DNA of 64,000 nt, from assembly GCA_002633005.1 (NCBI GenBank), contig NMRA01000059.1, positions 709,150-773,149 on the forward strand, read 5' to 3'. The notes beneath the pieces were generated by a model. That model did no database searches. It was not told where the DNA came from and was given only the letters and a program-made list of their open reading frames with translations. Made by a program: the position numbers and the translations under genes. Within the stretch, counting starts at the first letter, position 1. The number at the start of each line of letters is the position of its first letter. The DNA comes from Phoronis australis. Its lineage: Eukaryota; Animalia; Phoronida. This document shows, one piece after another, positions 26,380 to 41,000 of the stretch.

Positions 26380-28498
26380 GGATGCAACTTCGAATGGCAG
26401 GTGAGCAGTGCGTTAATCGTTTCTCACTACGACTTACCGTTCTCGACTTATTCAGTCTGGTGCCCTAGCTCACACCTGCTATTAAACGAATCTGTTTGAA
26501 ATTTGGTATGTCAGTAGATCGAGCCAAAATGGGCCATAAAAAGTTCTTTCCCGTTAAAATATCGAGGCCTGCTGTCTTTGTGCGATGTCGGTCCAAAGAT
26601 GGTTCTGTGGTTACCATTTTTTTTTCGAAATTTCGCTTCGCAGGGCTCTAGTTCTGACATTCTTTTGAAGCATTTTTAGGAAATTTGAGATGACAAATCT
26701 CGCCAAGCGTTTTATTATGCGGATAATTATGAAATTTGGCATGCAGTCAGTGGAATCCACCATTTCTCCAACTTGCGGTTCTCGAGGTGTTCGAGATTTA
26801 GCGAACCCTGTAACAAATTTCAATTTAACTTGGCACAGAGGTGTGTAATGCGCTGACAACATTGAATTTTCTGGCGGATTCAACTAGCTGCATCGTCTGC
26901 TTGTGACCATTTTGGTCTCGACAAGTAGATTTTAAACTAATGTTCACTCAAGTGCATTTCCGGTTGATATCTGAAGAACAAATCGGTCGATTTCACTTCA
27001 GTTAAATTTGACACAAGGATGCGCCTTAAGATTCTCGCAGGGATTCGACTACTTTAGCGTCTCTTAATTTTCATTTTGGTCACGACAAGGGTCTTTTCAA
27101 CTATTGTTTGAGGAAGAGCATTTCCAGTTGATATCTAAAGAACAAATAAGTCAATTTCAATTAAACTTGACTCAAAGATGTGTGATGTCAATTTGTCGCT
27201 ACCATTGGATTTTCGGAGGGATAAGACTATTGAAGCGCCTCCTAGTGACCTTAAGAACCAATTGCTGAATTTCAACGAAACCTGACGCAAAGAGATACGG
27301 TGGCAATGCCGTCGTCAGTACTATTCTATTTTTGGGAGATTGGACCACTGCAGCGCCTCCTCCAGGATGATATCTAGAGAACTGGTTGACAGCTATCAAT
27401 GAATCTTAAAACGTAAACGATGTGGTGAATTCGTTTTTGGCCAAACATTCACGCCTCTTCGTATTGAGTAATTTGTCGATCATTTCGTGTTAAAGATGAT
27501 TTGAGAACTGAATGTACATATTTGAGTATGTTGGTCTTATTTCACAAATACGGCCATACTCATTAACTTGAAAAGCCTGGGGAGAACATTTAATGTGCTG
27601 AGAACATGTATTAAGGAAGTGAGAAAAGGAAATGTTACCCATTTAAACGTTGTAACATTAAGACTGTCCTATCATAACAGTCTTTTGAATTTAAAATTAG
27701 CTCGTTAGATTAGACAGGAATATAAGAATACTAGTTCACTTACGCACTCTGCGTTCCAAGAATTATGACATAACACATTAATATATATGTAAAATGCCCC
27801 CGAACGCCGATAGAGCATAGCAAAATATGTGGTGACTTTGGTAGAACGTAGTACACTTCTTTTCATAATACATAAGTCATTAATCTCTCTTTTGAAATTC
27901 TATAATTTCAAATGCAACTTCAATGATATGGTGGCATCTGTTGAGATACCAGCTAACTGTCACTACTGTACCGACAACCGGTGGTCAATTTTTATGTATT
28001 TCGTTAAATTTTTAAGCACCTCTAGCAGCATGTCACTGCTTTGCTATTGCAGCTACGCCTTGTGGTAATTTGGTGAAGTAGCCTTATTGTATCTTATCTA
28101 AGCTCTCGGAACGTACATGTATCGTTAGCGAGGATGCATGTGAACGCCTCAGCTTTGTTCATTTTACATGAATATTGGATATTACAACACTGTTTGATCG
28201 CTGATCGATTTATTCAAGCAAGTAATGAGTACACTTCCATCATTGATTTCATACAGCACATGTTAAAATCAGAGGCCTAAAAATATAAGCTACGATTAAT
28301 GTCACATCAAACCTTTTGCAACCGTTGGGCAATGTATAAATTTTTATGTCACTCATAGTTTGTAAATTTAGAAAAGTTTATTAGGCGATAAAGGGTGATT
28401 TGTATGCTGATACATAGCATTTCTATAAACGATCACTTAAAAGCTTCCTTTACAACACACCAGGCTTGCATACTGCGGCATTGCTGTGTATTTATGAT

Positions 28499-28783
28499 TT
28501 ACAACAAGTCTGAGAGCCAACTTGGCAAAGTTTTTCTCGGCTTTTTAGTGGTTTGCTTGAACTGACTACCCACCCGGGGCCTTTCCTTGTCTGGCTTATC
28601 TCGAAATGATGTTGGTTTTGGCGGTCTGGTCGGTCTGGTTGCTCGGATAGGGATATTCGGAGAGTCGTTCGGAGACCGCGGCCAATTTGTTGGTAAGCGA
28701 TTATCATATCCGTCCTTATCAAAATCGAAGTCGTACAGACACTGGTCTCGTTCTAAGTCGTGATCATGATCATAGGATTTGTT

Positions 28784-28870
<87 letters not shown>

Positions 28871-29026
28871 CCATTCGTCAAAATCCCGCTCGAACATAAG
28901 TCCAGGAGAGTATAAATACCAACGGGAACTCTTCTTGTGGTACCAGCCTGGTACACGTGTCCCGTTGACGTGGTTGCACGCGGCAACTTTAACGCCACCC
29001 TTTTCACCTCCTTCTTCTTTCTCGAC
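28499..29026 (-). CDS. Probable terminal exon of giant gene: poly-Asp(29) plus Pro/Arg/Lys-rich tail
   Basis: Tandem cagcag acceptor (start 29029 or 29026) in phase 0, open to TAA at 28499; AATAAA on the minus strand at 28377-28382 and 28209-28214. Confidence 0.65.
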
Positions 29027-32000
29027 CTGCTGATAGAATGACACAACATGGAGCATTGTAGCGTGTAACCTCATAAAATATTGAATTAAAAAGCGTTCTT
29101 AAAATTAGCAGTTAAAAAGCTGCACAATATTACACAGAGTTCAGCAAACACGAGAAGTAATGTTTTTTAAGACAAATTCGATTGGCTACTTCTGGCCGAA
29201 CAAAATTTACCTCAGATATTTTGTCCTTTGCCGATATCATTGCAAACATGGTAGGTTCAAGAGGAAACGTTTTCGTGTCCTCATCGGTGGCCCTTCGTCT
29301 TCGTCGTTGGATTGTAGGCACTGTAGTGACATCTGTCGGGGCTACCGCGGTTGCATTCTTTTTGGTACGTGTACTACATATCTGCAGGAAAAAATACCAT
29401 GACCATCACAGTAACACAAGAGGTACGGCACAGAATGATAGGGGCGTACTGAAAATGTTGCCCGATGCCAAATATTCGTTTGGTTTCTTTAAAACTTCAA
29501 AGCTGAGGTTCGAGTATTTATGAAGTAACCAGTTATTGACTTTCTCACCCACACCAAAACATTTTGCACTTGCAGGTTTATACGTGTACTCCCTTTCAGC
29601 ACCTTTATGTAAAAATGGCTCGGTGCAATTACGATGCTTGTGTCCCATTAATACAAAATGCCTTAATTAAGCCAGAGGCAGTATCAATGGCAAGTCCAAG
29701 GCAGTCTGTCGTTAACTTACATCAAACACTATGTCACAGCATCCAACATTTGGATCGGCTAATTTAAGGAAAACAAGTTATGTTCTAAAATATACTTCAA
29801 ACTCAGCAACGCCATTTTCGTCAGTGAATTGAAAAAGGACAGGGTGAACGGAAACGAGTGTGTTTCGATGGAAAGTGCAACGAGTGAGTTGTGCCAATAA
29901 TTATTTAACGCATGCGTGAAGCCGTGTGTTAAAGATGGTGAAATGACCGGTGCTCCCAACGAGAAAACGTTCGCGTTTATACTTATAAAACATGCTGGAA
30001 TCCGATTGGAAGACACTATGAATCGTAATCAGTCTACTCAACCCTATTCTGTCGCAGCATAAGACGTTTTGGCCAGAGTGTCATTTGCCTGTCCGCTGTG
30101 AACGTTCAGTGGCCAGTTGTATGAAACAGTCTCAAATAGGGATTCAACTAAGGTCCCTGAGACTTTTTTTGCGTATTTGTGTCTGTATGAACTTACAGGT
30201 GCATTTCGTCTTTATTATGAGCTCCTTTTTGATTAATGACATTTTTAAATAATATAACTAAAACTGAGCCCAGTCCTTAAATTGGGGGTGTTGCATGAAA
30301 ATATCCCTAATTATTTTCGATAATATTGACAAATCAACGTAGAGTTCACTCTCGATTTGAATCAGTCAAAAGTTGACTTAGTAATGAAACTAAAACAATA
30401 CAAGAAAGGGCAATCAATGTTTTCACAAGTCCAAAAATACGCAGTACATTTAGGGAACTTAGTTGAGTCCCTATTTGGGAGTATTTCGTGCAACCGAGCA
30501 CAGGGCCCTTTGACTGTTGTTTTTACCTGAAGATTGTTTCGATCATGCGCACTGCGGTTTTAATCATAAATTTCTAGTCTCAGGTGGAAATTTGAAGCGC
30601 CACTCTGGTAAACGATGGTGTTGAGGAACATATCCGTGAATTACACTCTTTCTCAGCGCTACCAAGGGTAGCACTGTGTAAAAAAGTAACATACATGTAG
30701 CATGTCATTGGTTACCGGAGAGCAGCAACATTCGTAAAATCACATTGGTTGAAAAATAACATTCATATATTCCGATTGCCTAACTTTGAGAAATGCACCA
30801 TGTATTAATACATGCTGTTGTGGCTTGCGGTTGCTGCAACTACAAGAACAGACTAAATCACATTCCACACAAGTTCGTGTTTTTGACACCCAAAAGTTTT
30901 TAATGCGTCAAAAAAAACAACAAAACGCCTCACTATACTTTTTAGACACAAATCCGTACAATGTGTACACGGTAAGCCTGCAAACCACGATATGCGCATT
31001 GGTGCAATTGAACTGATCTCTGGGTATCGTCCATCCACACACCACCTGGGACTTTTAATAGAGATCTATCAGCCTGTGAGCATCAGTACACATTTCCTGG
31101 TACAGACGTTTCGTAAACAAATCGGTCCGGAATGAGTCGGAGAAGTATAATTAATTTTTATAGTTGATGACTTCTTTCGTCGGGTGACTGGCAAAATATT
31201 AGCTTGTGAGGGAGAACGTATCACTTGAGTCCGTTGTTGTTTAATCTCATGACTTAGTATCTTGTGTGAGTCACAAAACATGAACTAGTGAAGGTGCAGC
31301 GAGTCTACTATACTGTTAGTGTTTCAGCAGCCACGGCCTGCAAAGACACTTCTCAGAAGACATATTCTAGAGCATGTAATGCGTTTCTCAACATTCAGCC
31401 AGTTTGAATGTCCAAGAGTTATTTTCTAACTAGTTAGAACGTCTGAATATTCGTATTGTACTAGAAGCCATTTTACGTCATCCCTTTCCACCGCTACCCC
31501 TCGAAGCACTGGAAATAAGCATACGCGTGCCTCCGTAGAGATTTGTGGATTATCCCTTATTTTGCCTCCTGTTACCTGGCAAATCGAGGCTTCCATCTGG
31601 TGCAAATGCATGCTTCAGTTATTCAGAATCTATTACACATATGACGTCTCTCTCTATTGGCGTATAGAGGTAAATTATCGTGACGCTGCGACCAATGGTT
31701 GCTAGTTATCATAAGCCTTAGCACCAGGCTTTCAAAAAGGTGAAGGTTATCTTTATTCAGGATCGGGAAAAGGTGGTGAAGTGGTGCAATCTGTCGTCTT
31801 CACTAAGAAACAATAAAAGCCTACTGTAGATTGCCCATCCATATGTCTGCCAGCCTCATAACCTGAGTACGTCATTTGTACGTACTTCCTTGAGAGTCTA
31901 AAACTTTATTTTGTCAGCTCAGATTTGGAACTCTTCCTTGTGGAGATAGAATTTGGCAGATACAGAAATTTTGAGCAAGATACCAGAGACTGCCATTTAT

Positions 32001-35000
32001 GAAAACTTCATGCCGCGGAGGATGTGGCCATTTCGTGTGGCACTATACATGCATATGTACAATCGTGACTTCTGAAGAACACATTATAATGAAGCTAACA
32101 GTTTGTCCAACATTATTTTTTATTTTATTCATGTAAATAAAATGGAAATTTTAATAGTTATTCTGTTCAGATTGCTTTCTGTGGTTACGCATGATGCATT
32201 TTGAAACACAAACGATTTGCCTATTAGTTTAGCTGACGTTTAAGTCCAATGAGCAAATGTTATTTTTCAAATATTACGTAAATTGTTTAAATCTGTTTAC
32301 AACATGTTTTCTACCTTGTCGTAAAGCAAATGGTGTCCACGATCAAAATCTTTACAATTTTACACCTGAACGTTTACCATAGGCTTTCCTCGCCAGGACC
32401 TCTGAGGAAGAGTATAAAGAAGAACAGTCTAATGGCAGATTCATTATTTACATGCAACAAACACCTGTGGGATCAATAGCATGCCTTAGGGTGTACACCC
32501 AGGGAGGTTCTAGTAATCACTTAAGTGTCTCGTCGCACTTTAAAAATCAACGAGAGGCCAACGCAATACTACCGGAGAAGTCAGGAAAAAGGCGGCAAGT
32601 TCCATCAGAGAATCCTCCGGAAAATGTACAAACAAAACTCACCTTCACTTTCAAAACATTCTTAGCAAGGTCGATGTTCAAGTAAGGGTTGGTATCCACA
32701 CACGTATCGCAGGACTCGCACGCCTCGCGCCACATATTGGCACCTGAGTTACAAACAGAGACGTCACCAATGTGTACGGTTACTTTTAGATCCAATAGTT
32801 TGCATGCCTAACCTATAGCCTACACCCGGATTTAGGCGCATGCGTCAATATGCAACACAATTGACCAATCATCGGTTGCTGGGGTCTGTTCCATGAAAGG
32901 TGTCTTAACTGAGACCGAAGTCAGACATTTAATTTAATCTTACACTCCCGCTTTACAATTTAGGCCGTGAGCCATACATGTAGCTACAGTATTTTCATCC
33001 TGTGACCATGTCATTTTCTTGTGCTGCTAGATGTACAGTGTATCTTCAAGCATTTGATATTCGAAAAGATCTCGCATTTTAAAAAATGCCAGGTCTTTTA
33101 AAAGTTGCACATTTATTTAAGAGGCACATTTTTATGCTCTTACAATATAACACTATTTAGCGAGACGTGGCGAAGTAGATTGCCTTTGTAAAATGGGTTA
33201 ACATTTAATTGATTTAAGTAAAAGGTGTAACAAATTATTTGAAACGTGCAAAATCACACACAGGGCAAATTTTAGTAGTGTATGCGCATGCGTACGAGGA
33301 ACGACGGTTACACAAGCACGTAAATGAAGTTCCATTATATCCGGTTATATGCGAACCATCAAACAAACCGAATTGATATGCGCGCACAGACATGGGCCTA
33401 CAGTTTCATCCAACGATTTTACTCGAAATTACAATTTTGTGCACACTAGATGTAACTGTCTTTTGTTCTGTACTTGAGCACTCTGGGTCATCCTTGGATA
33501 AATGTCCAATACAATTTTGTACTTGATGACACCAGCATTAAAGTTTCAAATCCGAGTCTGAAACTGAATTCTCGAGTTTTTAGTCGAGTTTGTAGCTCAA
33601 ATCAAGGACTCGTTAGTTGAAGATTTGGAGTAATAACAACAAACACTTGTGTTCAGTTTGCAATTTAGTAAAAAGTGAGAAGATTAGGCCCTAGTTCCGC
33701 GAACAGACACGGCCATAGCATACAATACATGAACTGCTATTGCACGGGGACAGCGCACATGGCTCCGTATGAAGCAAAATAAAGCGTGTGGAATGAACTG
33801 CTTTTGCACGGGGACAGCGCACATGGCTCCGTATGAAGCAAAAAAAAGCGTGTGGAATGAACTGCTATTGCACGGGGACAGCGCACATGGCTCCGTATGA
33901 AGCAAAATAAAGCGTGTGGATTTTGTTGGATTTCATTTAGATGTTGAGCCTAAGTTCTCATATATGTCGTGTTGGCGCCGGAGGTGAGTTGAGTCCTTAC
34001 CCGATTCACCTTTACAAACCAATGAAAGTTAATTATTGCATCACCTGATCGCTCTTTGTACCCGTCTGTAGTACATTTACGCGAATTACTACGAAAGTAG
34101 TCTACCTGAGACTAACAGCTGCGCTCGTGAAGTGTAGCCTTCTGTTTGGGAGGCGCTAGCACATACGATCTTTTGTATTTAAGAATCACTTTTTCCACAC
34201 ATCTGTACATGGTCGAGTGGAGAATTTGGTCACATGGATATAGCCAGTACAAAGCAGAGTTAAGCTAGGACCAAAGCAAATGTAAGGTAATGACGTCCTT
34301 TTACCAATTAAGTAATTACCTGGATCAAAGTATATGAGAACTGGAATCTGACCGGCGGAGATGTTGAACTTAGCTGGATCGAATTTAATCTCAATCTCTA
34401 TAGGGCCCTGCAATATGACCGCGAGTCCTGCAGGGGCCATGAAAAATGAGGAGTCCGCAGCGTAATCTACGAATCTGAAAGAAACAATAGAGACATTAAA
34501 CGTGCGAGTACATGTACTAAAACACGCGATTTAGGGTATAGGGCCTACCATTTCTCTCGTTTCTGGTCTGAGTAACGTTTGAATTGGGCCACTGAATATG
34601 TAAAAACACTGAGCCAGCTAGGATTGGACAATCATGGGACAGTCACTCACGTAAGCCATGATGCACTTGAACATAGAATACTAGGCACTCGATGCAAACA
34701 TCAATTTCGAGTAAAAATGGGTTCGCAGGGAAAGAGTTGAGATGAGCGTGAAAAAGAAAAGGATGTTTGTTATGCTAAAGGAATGCGTGCGTTCGAAAGC
34801 TACATAAAACTGACCTGTTTTTCAAACGATTGGACAGTGCTACTATTCCGTTGGCAGTTTTCGGGTTTTGAAGGTACGTTGTGTAAGTTGCACTTGCGGC
34901 AGAGCCATATTGTTTCTTCAAATCCATGTCGTCCAGCTTTCCCGCAAGGACTGGGGAGTCGCCTTGAATTATATCAACCAATTATTCCAGTATTTATGAC

Positions 35001-38000
35001 GTTTGACAAACATGGCTCAAGTTCCTTTCCTTGAAACATGACTATTGCACAAAGCTCTTTGGTTTTCACTCGCATATTTTCTGAGGGTCTAGACAATATC
35101 TACGATGAGCCTCCAACAGCTGTTTGGGAATTACTCTAAAATATGCTATTTGACATACATGTACACAAAAATTTTTAAGGATAACTGAAAATAAACGCGA
35201 AACGTAAAAACTTAAGCCTGACAGATCTTCTGAAATATGGTCGGTGGATGTTGTACATCTTATCGGAATTACACATCAGTCACATTAAATGGAGACAACT
35301 TTTTCGTAAACACAACAGGAAATCTTGTCACGAAAAACGTGGAGGCTTTATGCATTTTCTTTAGTTTCCGTACGTTTACCTAGATGTGTTCACTTCGCTC
35401 GCATTCGTATTGACCATTTTGCAGATGGCGCACCCCAGAGCACAGTAGAACAGAAGTCCGCATAATTCAGATAACAGGAAGTCGCCGAACGTCTGCTCCG
35501 TTAGGTCACAGTTGATTTTTAATAGATGCTACTCCTTTATTTGTATCTGACTAATTGAAAAACCACTAAGACGAAATGCTCTCTACACCCTGTATCTACG
35601 TTTGCAGGCGGCCCCGCTCGAGAAGAGCTCTATCACACAAGCCTCTATCAATAGGGCGTGCCTCGCTATCCGTTAAAGGCGAAGGCAACCTTTTTTCATG
35701 TCACTTTTAGCAAAAATAAGGTTCGTTGATTATCCCAGACACATTTTTCACTTAACTACAGCTTTTTGTAATGTGATTAATTTCTCGTCCTCTGCTCCGG
35801 AAGTGACGTTTTGGGAGGCAAGAGTTTCGCGCCAATTTCTTTTCATTATAGTCTGACTGTGAGAGCTGTCGAGTCAGTCATTGTTCTACCTCGGTTGTGA
35901 TAAGTTCGGTCGTCGTTTGCTTTTGTTTACAAGTCAGTCAACATGCCACGCTGTTGCTGCGTGCCGGGATGTACTCATTATCATCTCACACGCGCTTTGG
36001 GTACCTTGCGTCGCTTTCCTAAGGATGACACACTTCGCTGTACTTGGCTAGCTCGTTCATGTGAAGAACGCAGCGCTACCCGTCCACGCAACGTACAAAC
36101 CAGTGGAGGGTTACCGAGTGTGTGGCGAGCATTTTCTGCCGTCAGATTATGACAGAGATATGAACGCTGAATTGATGAAGGTCCCTGCGAAACAACGCCT
36201 GAAGAAGGGTACCATACCGTCGCTGTTGATTCCCGGCAGTGCCCCGTCGCCAACTCCGAGAAGTGCGTTTTTGAAGCGAGAAGCTTCGCGAGCTGTAGTC
36301 ACTATATACAGTGACTGGAGGCGCTTCATCTACTGTCACCCGTGCCTCCAAACGTAACCCATTGCGTTAAATTCCGGGAACTAGCAGTGATTCGCCCTGT
36401 GCTGTTGTCTCTAGCCCAGAGCCTGTAAGCAGCCCTGCAGCGATGTTGAGTAGTGGGAGTCGGAGTACAGGCCCAGTTCGACACCCAGTGAAGAGGACAT
36501 TTCGTAATCCAATGAACAGAACGGTGAGCCTAAGTTTGATAAGTTTAATGTGGACTTGTATTGGAGCTATTTGGAAGGTGCCAGGTGTGTGGCGAAGGAG
36601 TCACACGGCGGGATGTAAGCAGTTTGGGTGCTCAGATCACCCTCCAGTGGGAGTGTGTCGCGGGACACTCGGGCAAATGGGACAGTTCTTCCTCTGTACG
36701 TGAGACGATAATGAGTACACCCCAGTACTCAGTAACATACGCATGTTGACTGACTCGTAAGCAAAAGCAAACGACGGCCGAATTTATCAGAACCGAGGTA
36801 CAGTAGAACAATGACTGGCTCGACTGCTCTCAAAGTCAGACTATCTGAAAAGAAATTGGCGCGAAATTCTTGCCTCCCAAAACGTCACTTCCGGAGTAGA
36901 CGACGAGTAATTAATTAAATTACGAAAAGCAGTACATAAGTGAAAAATATGTCTTGCATAATCAACGAACCTTATTTTTGCTAAAAATGACATGAAAAAT
37001 GGTTGCCTTCGCCATTAAAGACCAACGTCATACGTCATAACGCCATACAGAAACTGATACTGAGATACCAAGATGTCAAGAGTTGCTTACAAACGCAGCG
37101 CAGAGCCAAAAATGGACACATATACTATGTGACTTCTGTCATCGACTATCTTATAAAATGTAGATCTAATCAGAGTGTGCAGACATGCTTTGTCCAGCAT
37201 CAGATCGTGAGCTCGACTTAGGATAAGTCATATACAACGGGAACTACAGGATTGTTGAGATAGGGCGTTACCGTTGATTTTGACTTTGATGGTACTATTC
37301 TCCACAGAGTTTGGATCAGGGCTGGCCGTTACACCACCGGCGCCACCAATTCCGATGTAGTTGGTTTTGTTATTTCGGAGGTCCACCACAGTGTCCTGGT
37401 CACCTAATTGACAACATATATGAGTTGAATTAGAATAAGAATAAATTTGTACAGGTATCACGTCTATTTACGTTAGAATACGTCCAAATTTTGCTAACTT
37501 ATGAACATCATACCATAGAAATGGCGCCTGATCAAGTTGATATGAAACTTGAAATATTCAAATACTATTCTGTATGACTGTTCAAATACCATGCGTTATG
37601 CAGTGTTCGCCTGAAGGCTGTTAGAAATTGTTTTGAAAATGTTCCACTTTTGCATGAGAGGATATCAAAAATAGTACTTTTATGTTTTTTATAAAAAGAG
37701 CCCCAAAGTTGTGTAGAACGATAACAAAGCGATAATACAAAAATGTTTCAGCGTTTTCCGATATGTCCTCGTGAGCATTTGCATCAAATGTAAATTGATC
37801 ACGTGATCAATATCGCTCTTTTGCAATGAATGCAACTTTCTTCTTTGCAAAATATTACTGAAACACATAGTCAAGCAACCACGTTAATAGCAGGTTGGAA
37901 TAAAGTCAACAATAAAACTCTGTAGACGTACTGTAATTTCCATAAAATATATAATTACCTGCAATGCGGTGAAAATCTATAAGTTTGTAGATATTTATAT

Positions 38001-41000
38001 AAGTACACAGACTTGTCGACAAAGATCTACTTAAATATAACAAAATACATACTGGTACACCAGACTTGTCGACAAAGATCTACATATTTAAATATAACAA
38101 AATACATACTGGTACACCAGACTTGTCGACAAAGATCTACATAAATATAACAAAATACATACTGGTACACCAGACTTGTCGACAAAGATCTACATAAATA
38201 TAACAAAATATATACTGGTACACCAGCTAACTAGGTAATTAATAAGAAACTAAATAAGTACCAAGAAATTAATTAAACAATTAACAAACTGAATAGCTGA
38301 TTTACGAAACAAAACAAACAACAACTAACGAATTATTTAACGATTTATTTCCATACATGCAATAGTGTCTGACAATAAAACTGCCTTTCAGAAATTTTAT
38401 TGAAGTTTAATTTTTTTCAAAATCCATAATCAGTCGCTATTGAGATGTCGTGTAGAAGTCTATCATACTTGGGCATGACTTCACATTCTTCAAAAGGGGT
38501 TTTTGAAACAACGTTGTTCCTTGGCTGTTGCTTTTCTATATGAACAGCATTTAACTGTACTTTTGCAGTCTCTTTCGATTTTCTGAAATTGCACTAGGTT
38601 CAAATATACGTTTATTCGAACCCAATACGAAAAGAAGTTCTTTGCTTTTCATAAGGCATGTCTTGCGCCAGGGCCAGTACCACAGAAATGCCGACATGGT
38701 ACCCAGAATTAATCACGTAATACACAGAATTACTCACGTAATATACAGATCCGTTTACTTGTCACAACTTTTCTCACTTGAGCTTTAGTCACCGCGTACA
38801 GTGTGTGTGTGGCACATTGGCCAGGCTCCAGTCGGAAGAACGTATCCTTTTTAACCTGTTCGATGTTCTTGGAGTAGTTTTTGTTTCCATGTACAGAAAG
38901 ACTGCAACATTGAAGAATGACAATATAACGCATGGACACCGGTGCGGGTTTATATGCTGGAATGCGCACGTAACAAAAACTTTTTAGCAGTAGCCAAAAA
39001 GGAATTATTACGATAATGGCACGAACGATTTTTCATGTCACAAAAACCGTATTTGCATCAAAGTTATATCTGATGCTTGCAATAACAAAATCGACAAAAC
39101 TGCATATATGGACCATTGTTAGCGCTTATCATTGATGTTTGAGAAAAACGACTTGTTTCCGTTTGAACTAAAAAAGACCTGCATGTATGGAGTATCCACG
39201 GACCATCACACATACAGAACGAAGGTAAGACTTTGACCCTGGCAGACTTTCTCCATTTATACACCAGAACCACGGGTGTCAACACCACTGAATCATTCGA
39301 CTAAAAGTAACACCAGTATTGTGATAACGTCAGCTTTGTTATGAAACTATTGGTCCCTAAACTAAGTGATGCTCGTTCATGTAAGCTATGTTACAAACCT
39401 TTCGGTTTGAGTCCCCTGGAAAATCAACTTCCCATCTTTTATTTCAACCTTCGTGGTGTTACTCAGGCCGACCAGCACAGGCGGCAGCAAAGTTCCTCCA
39501 TCGGTTTCGATTCCGTATTCTGTGAAATGGAAGGAAGCAAACTAACTCTGTGAACTGCAAAATGCATATTTGTCAACCATTCTAAGTAAAAACGAGACGG
39601 TTCCTGTTTCATTCTTTTCCGTGGTCTCAACACATTTTCCACCCCACCTGCAGCCCCGTTCCAGCCTTCAATATTCAGTCGGCATCGTGGGAACCGAAAA
39701 TAAGTTTCCGCCTGTATTGAACTTCGGAAGTCGCAGGAGTTAATACTCGAACAGTAAGATTGTGAAGGCTTTGCCCACATGAAATCTACGTGAAATTAAA
39801 AGTATAACAAAACTATTATGATGAGGGGACCAATAGGTGCCCTCTCAATTGTTGGGCGGGTCAGCCTGGTATGATCAATTACGAGCCAGAACAGATCGGA
39901 GCCGCCTACTAGTCTCTGATAGGGTACTGGTCTACCCAGTCTTCAAGAAACAGTAAGATAGCAGGAAATACACAAGCGGAAGTTTATTTCAAGCGCCTTG
40001 AAACTTGCGCTACTAAGAATGTATGTGAGGGTATTCGCGTACATTGGCGCCCGTACAATTAAACACAGCGGCATTGTTAAGTAAAAAACTTTTAATTGCT
40101 ATTGGAGTAAGTTAGATACTTCGAAAAAACGGATAGACATGACAGGTTTTCGAACGTACATGTATGGGGGTATTGCCGATAATGACTATAAATTGGGACC
40201 CTCAGTCCCGTCTAAATCTAGACGGTTATTAATTAGCAACTGATAAATTTCAAACATGAAACCAAAAATAACTTTGGTATGGACCATTATCGGTCGTAAA
40301 ATGAGTCCATTAATCTCCCTTACTCTGAATATATAATGATATCTGGGATTGGGAAGAATTGAATTCACGCTTTGTTATTGGTCAACACCAGCTCGAAAAG
40401 TTGGCTTGTCCCGGCGGGTCATATTCGGCGAAATTATCGGTTTTACATACGAAAAACACATTTTGGGAATTACTTGTGGATACGATAGCGTTATTGGCTT
40501 TGAAAAGAGCTAAAAAACAATAAATTCCGTTGTTTTTGTGATTTTATGACAAATCAACAATTTTCGACGTTGTCTGTCAGACATTCAGTGAAATCAAAGT
40601 CGTTGGTTTTACCAAATACAATAATGCTTTAATACTCTGCCATTTATCGATTGGGACTTAGCTCCACAAGCAGAATGCTTGACTGCGACTGTGAAGGCTC
40701 GAATCCGTGGTGGGACTGTTCTAAGAAAAACACTTTTCTCGCCGACGATGTCACGTTAAGCGTGAAGCATGGTCCTGCACTAGAAATTTCAGTTCGTCCA
40801 AGTGTAGGAATTACCCGACTAATATCAGTAGGAAATAAGTTGAGACCAGTTTTACAACGGCAAGTGGTCAGTTTAAACCAATCGTTCGTCTATTTGGCAG
40901 AATGGGACTTCACAATAACTTAAAAAGAAAGCAAAGTTTACATTCTTTGAGCAACGCCAGGTTGCCCCGTGTAAACTTCTCTAAAGGTGTGCACTGTAAA

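Noticed and set aside
28687-29049. Poly-His/Arg, poly-Ser and poly-Thr/Met ORFs
   Set aside because: These are alternative frames of the same microsatellite; only the poly-Asp frame fits the splice phase.
39463-39785. ORF MWAKP...GWNGAAG as an exon of the giant gene
   Set aside because: The exon 39519-39399 in another frame has better splice signals and alone gives the required phase change.
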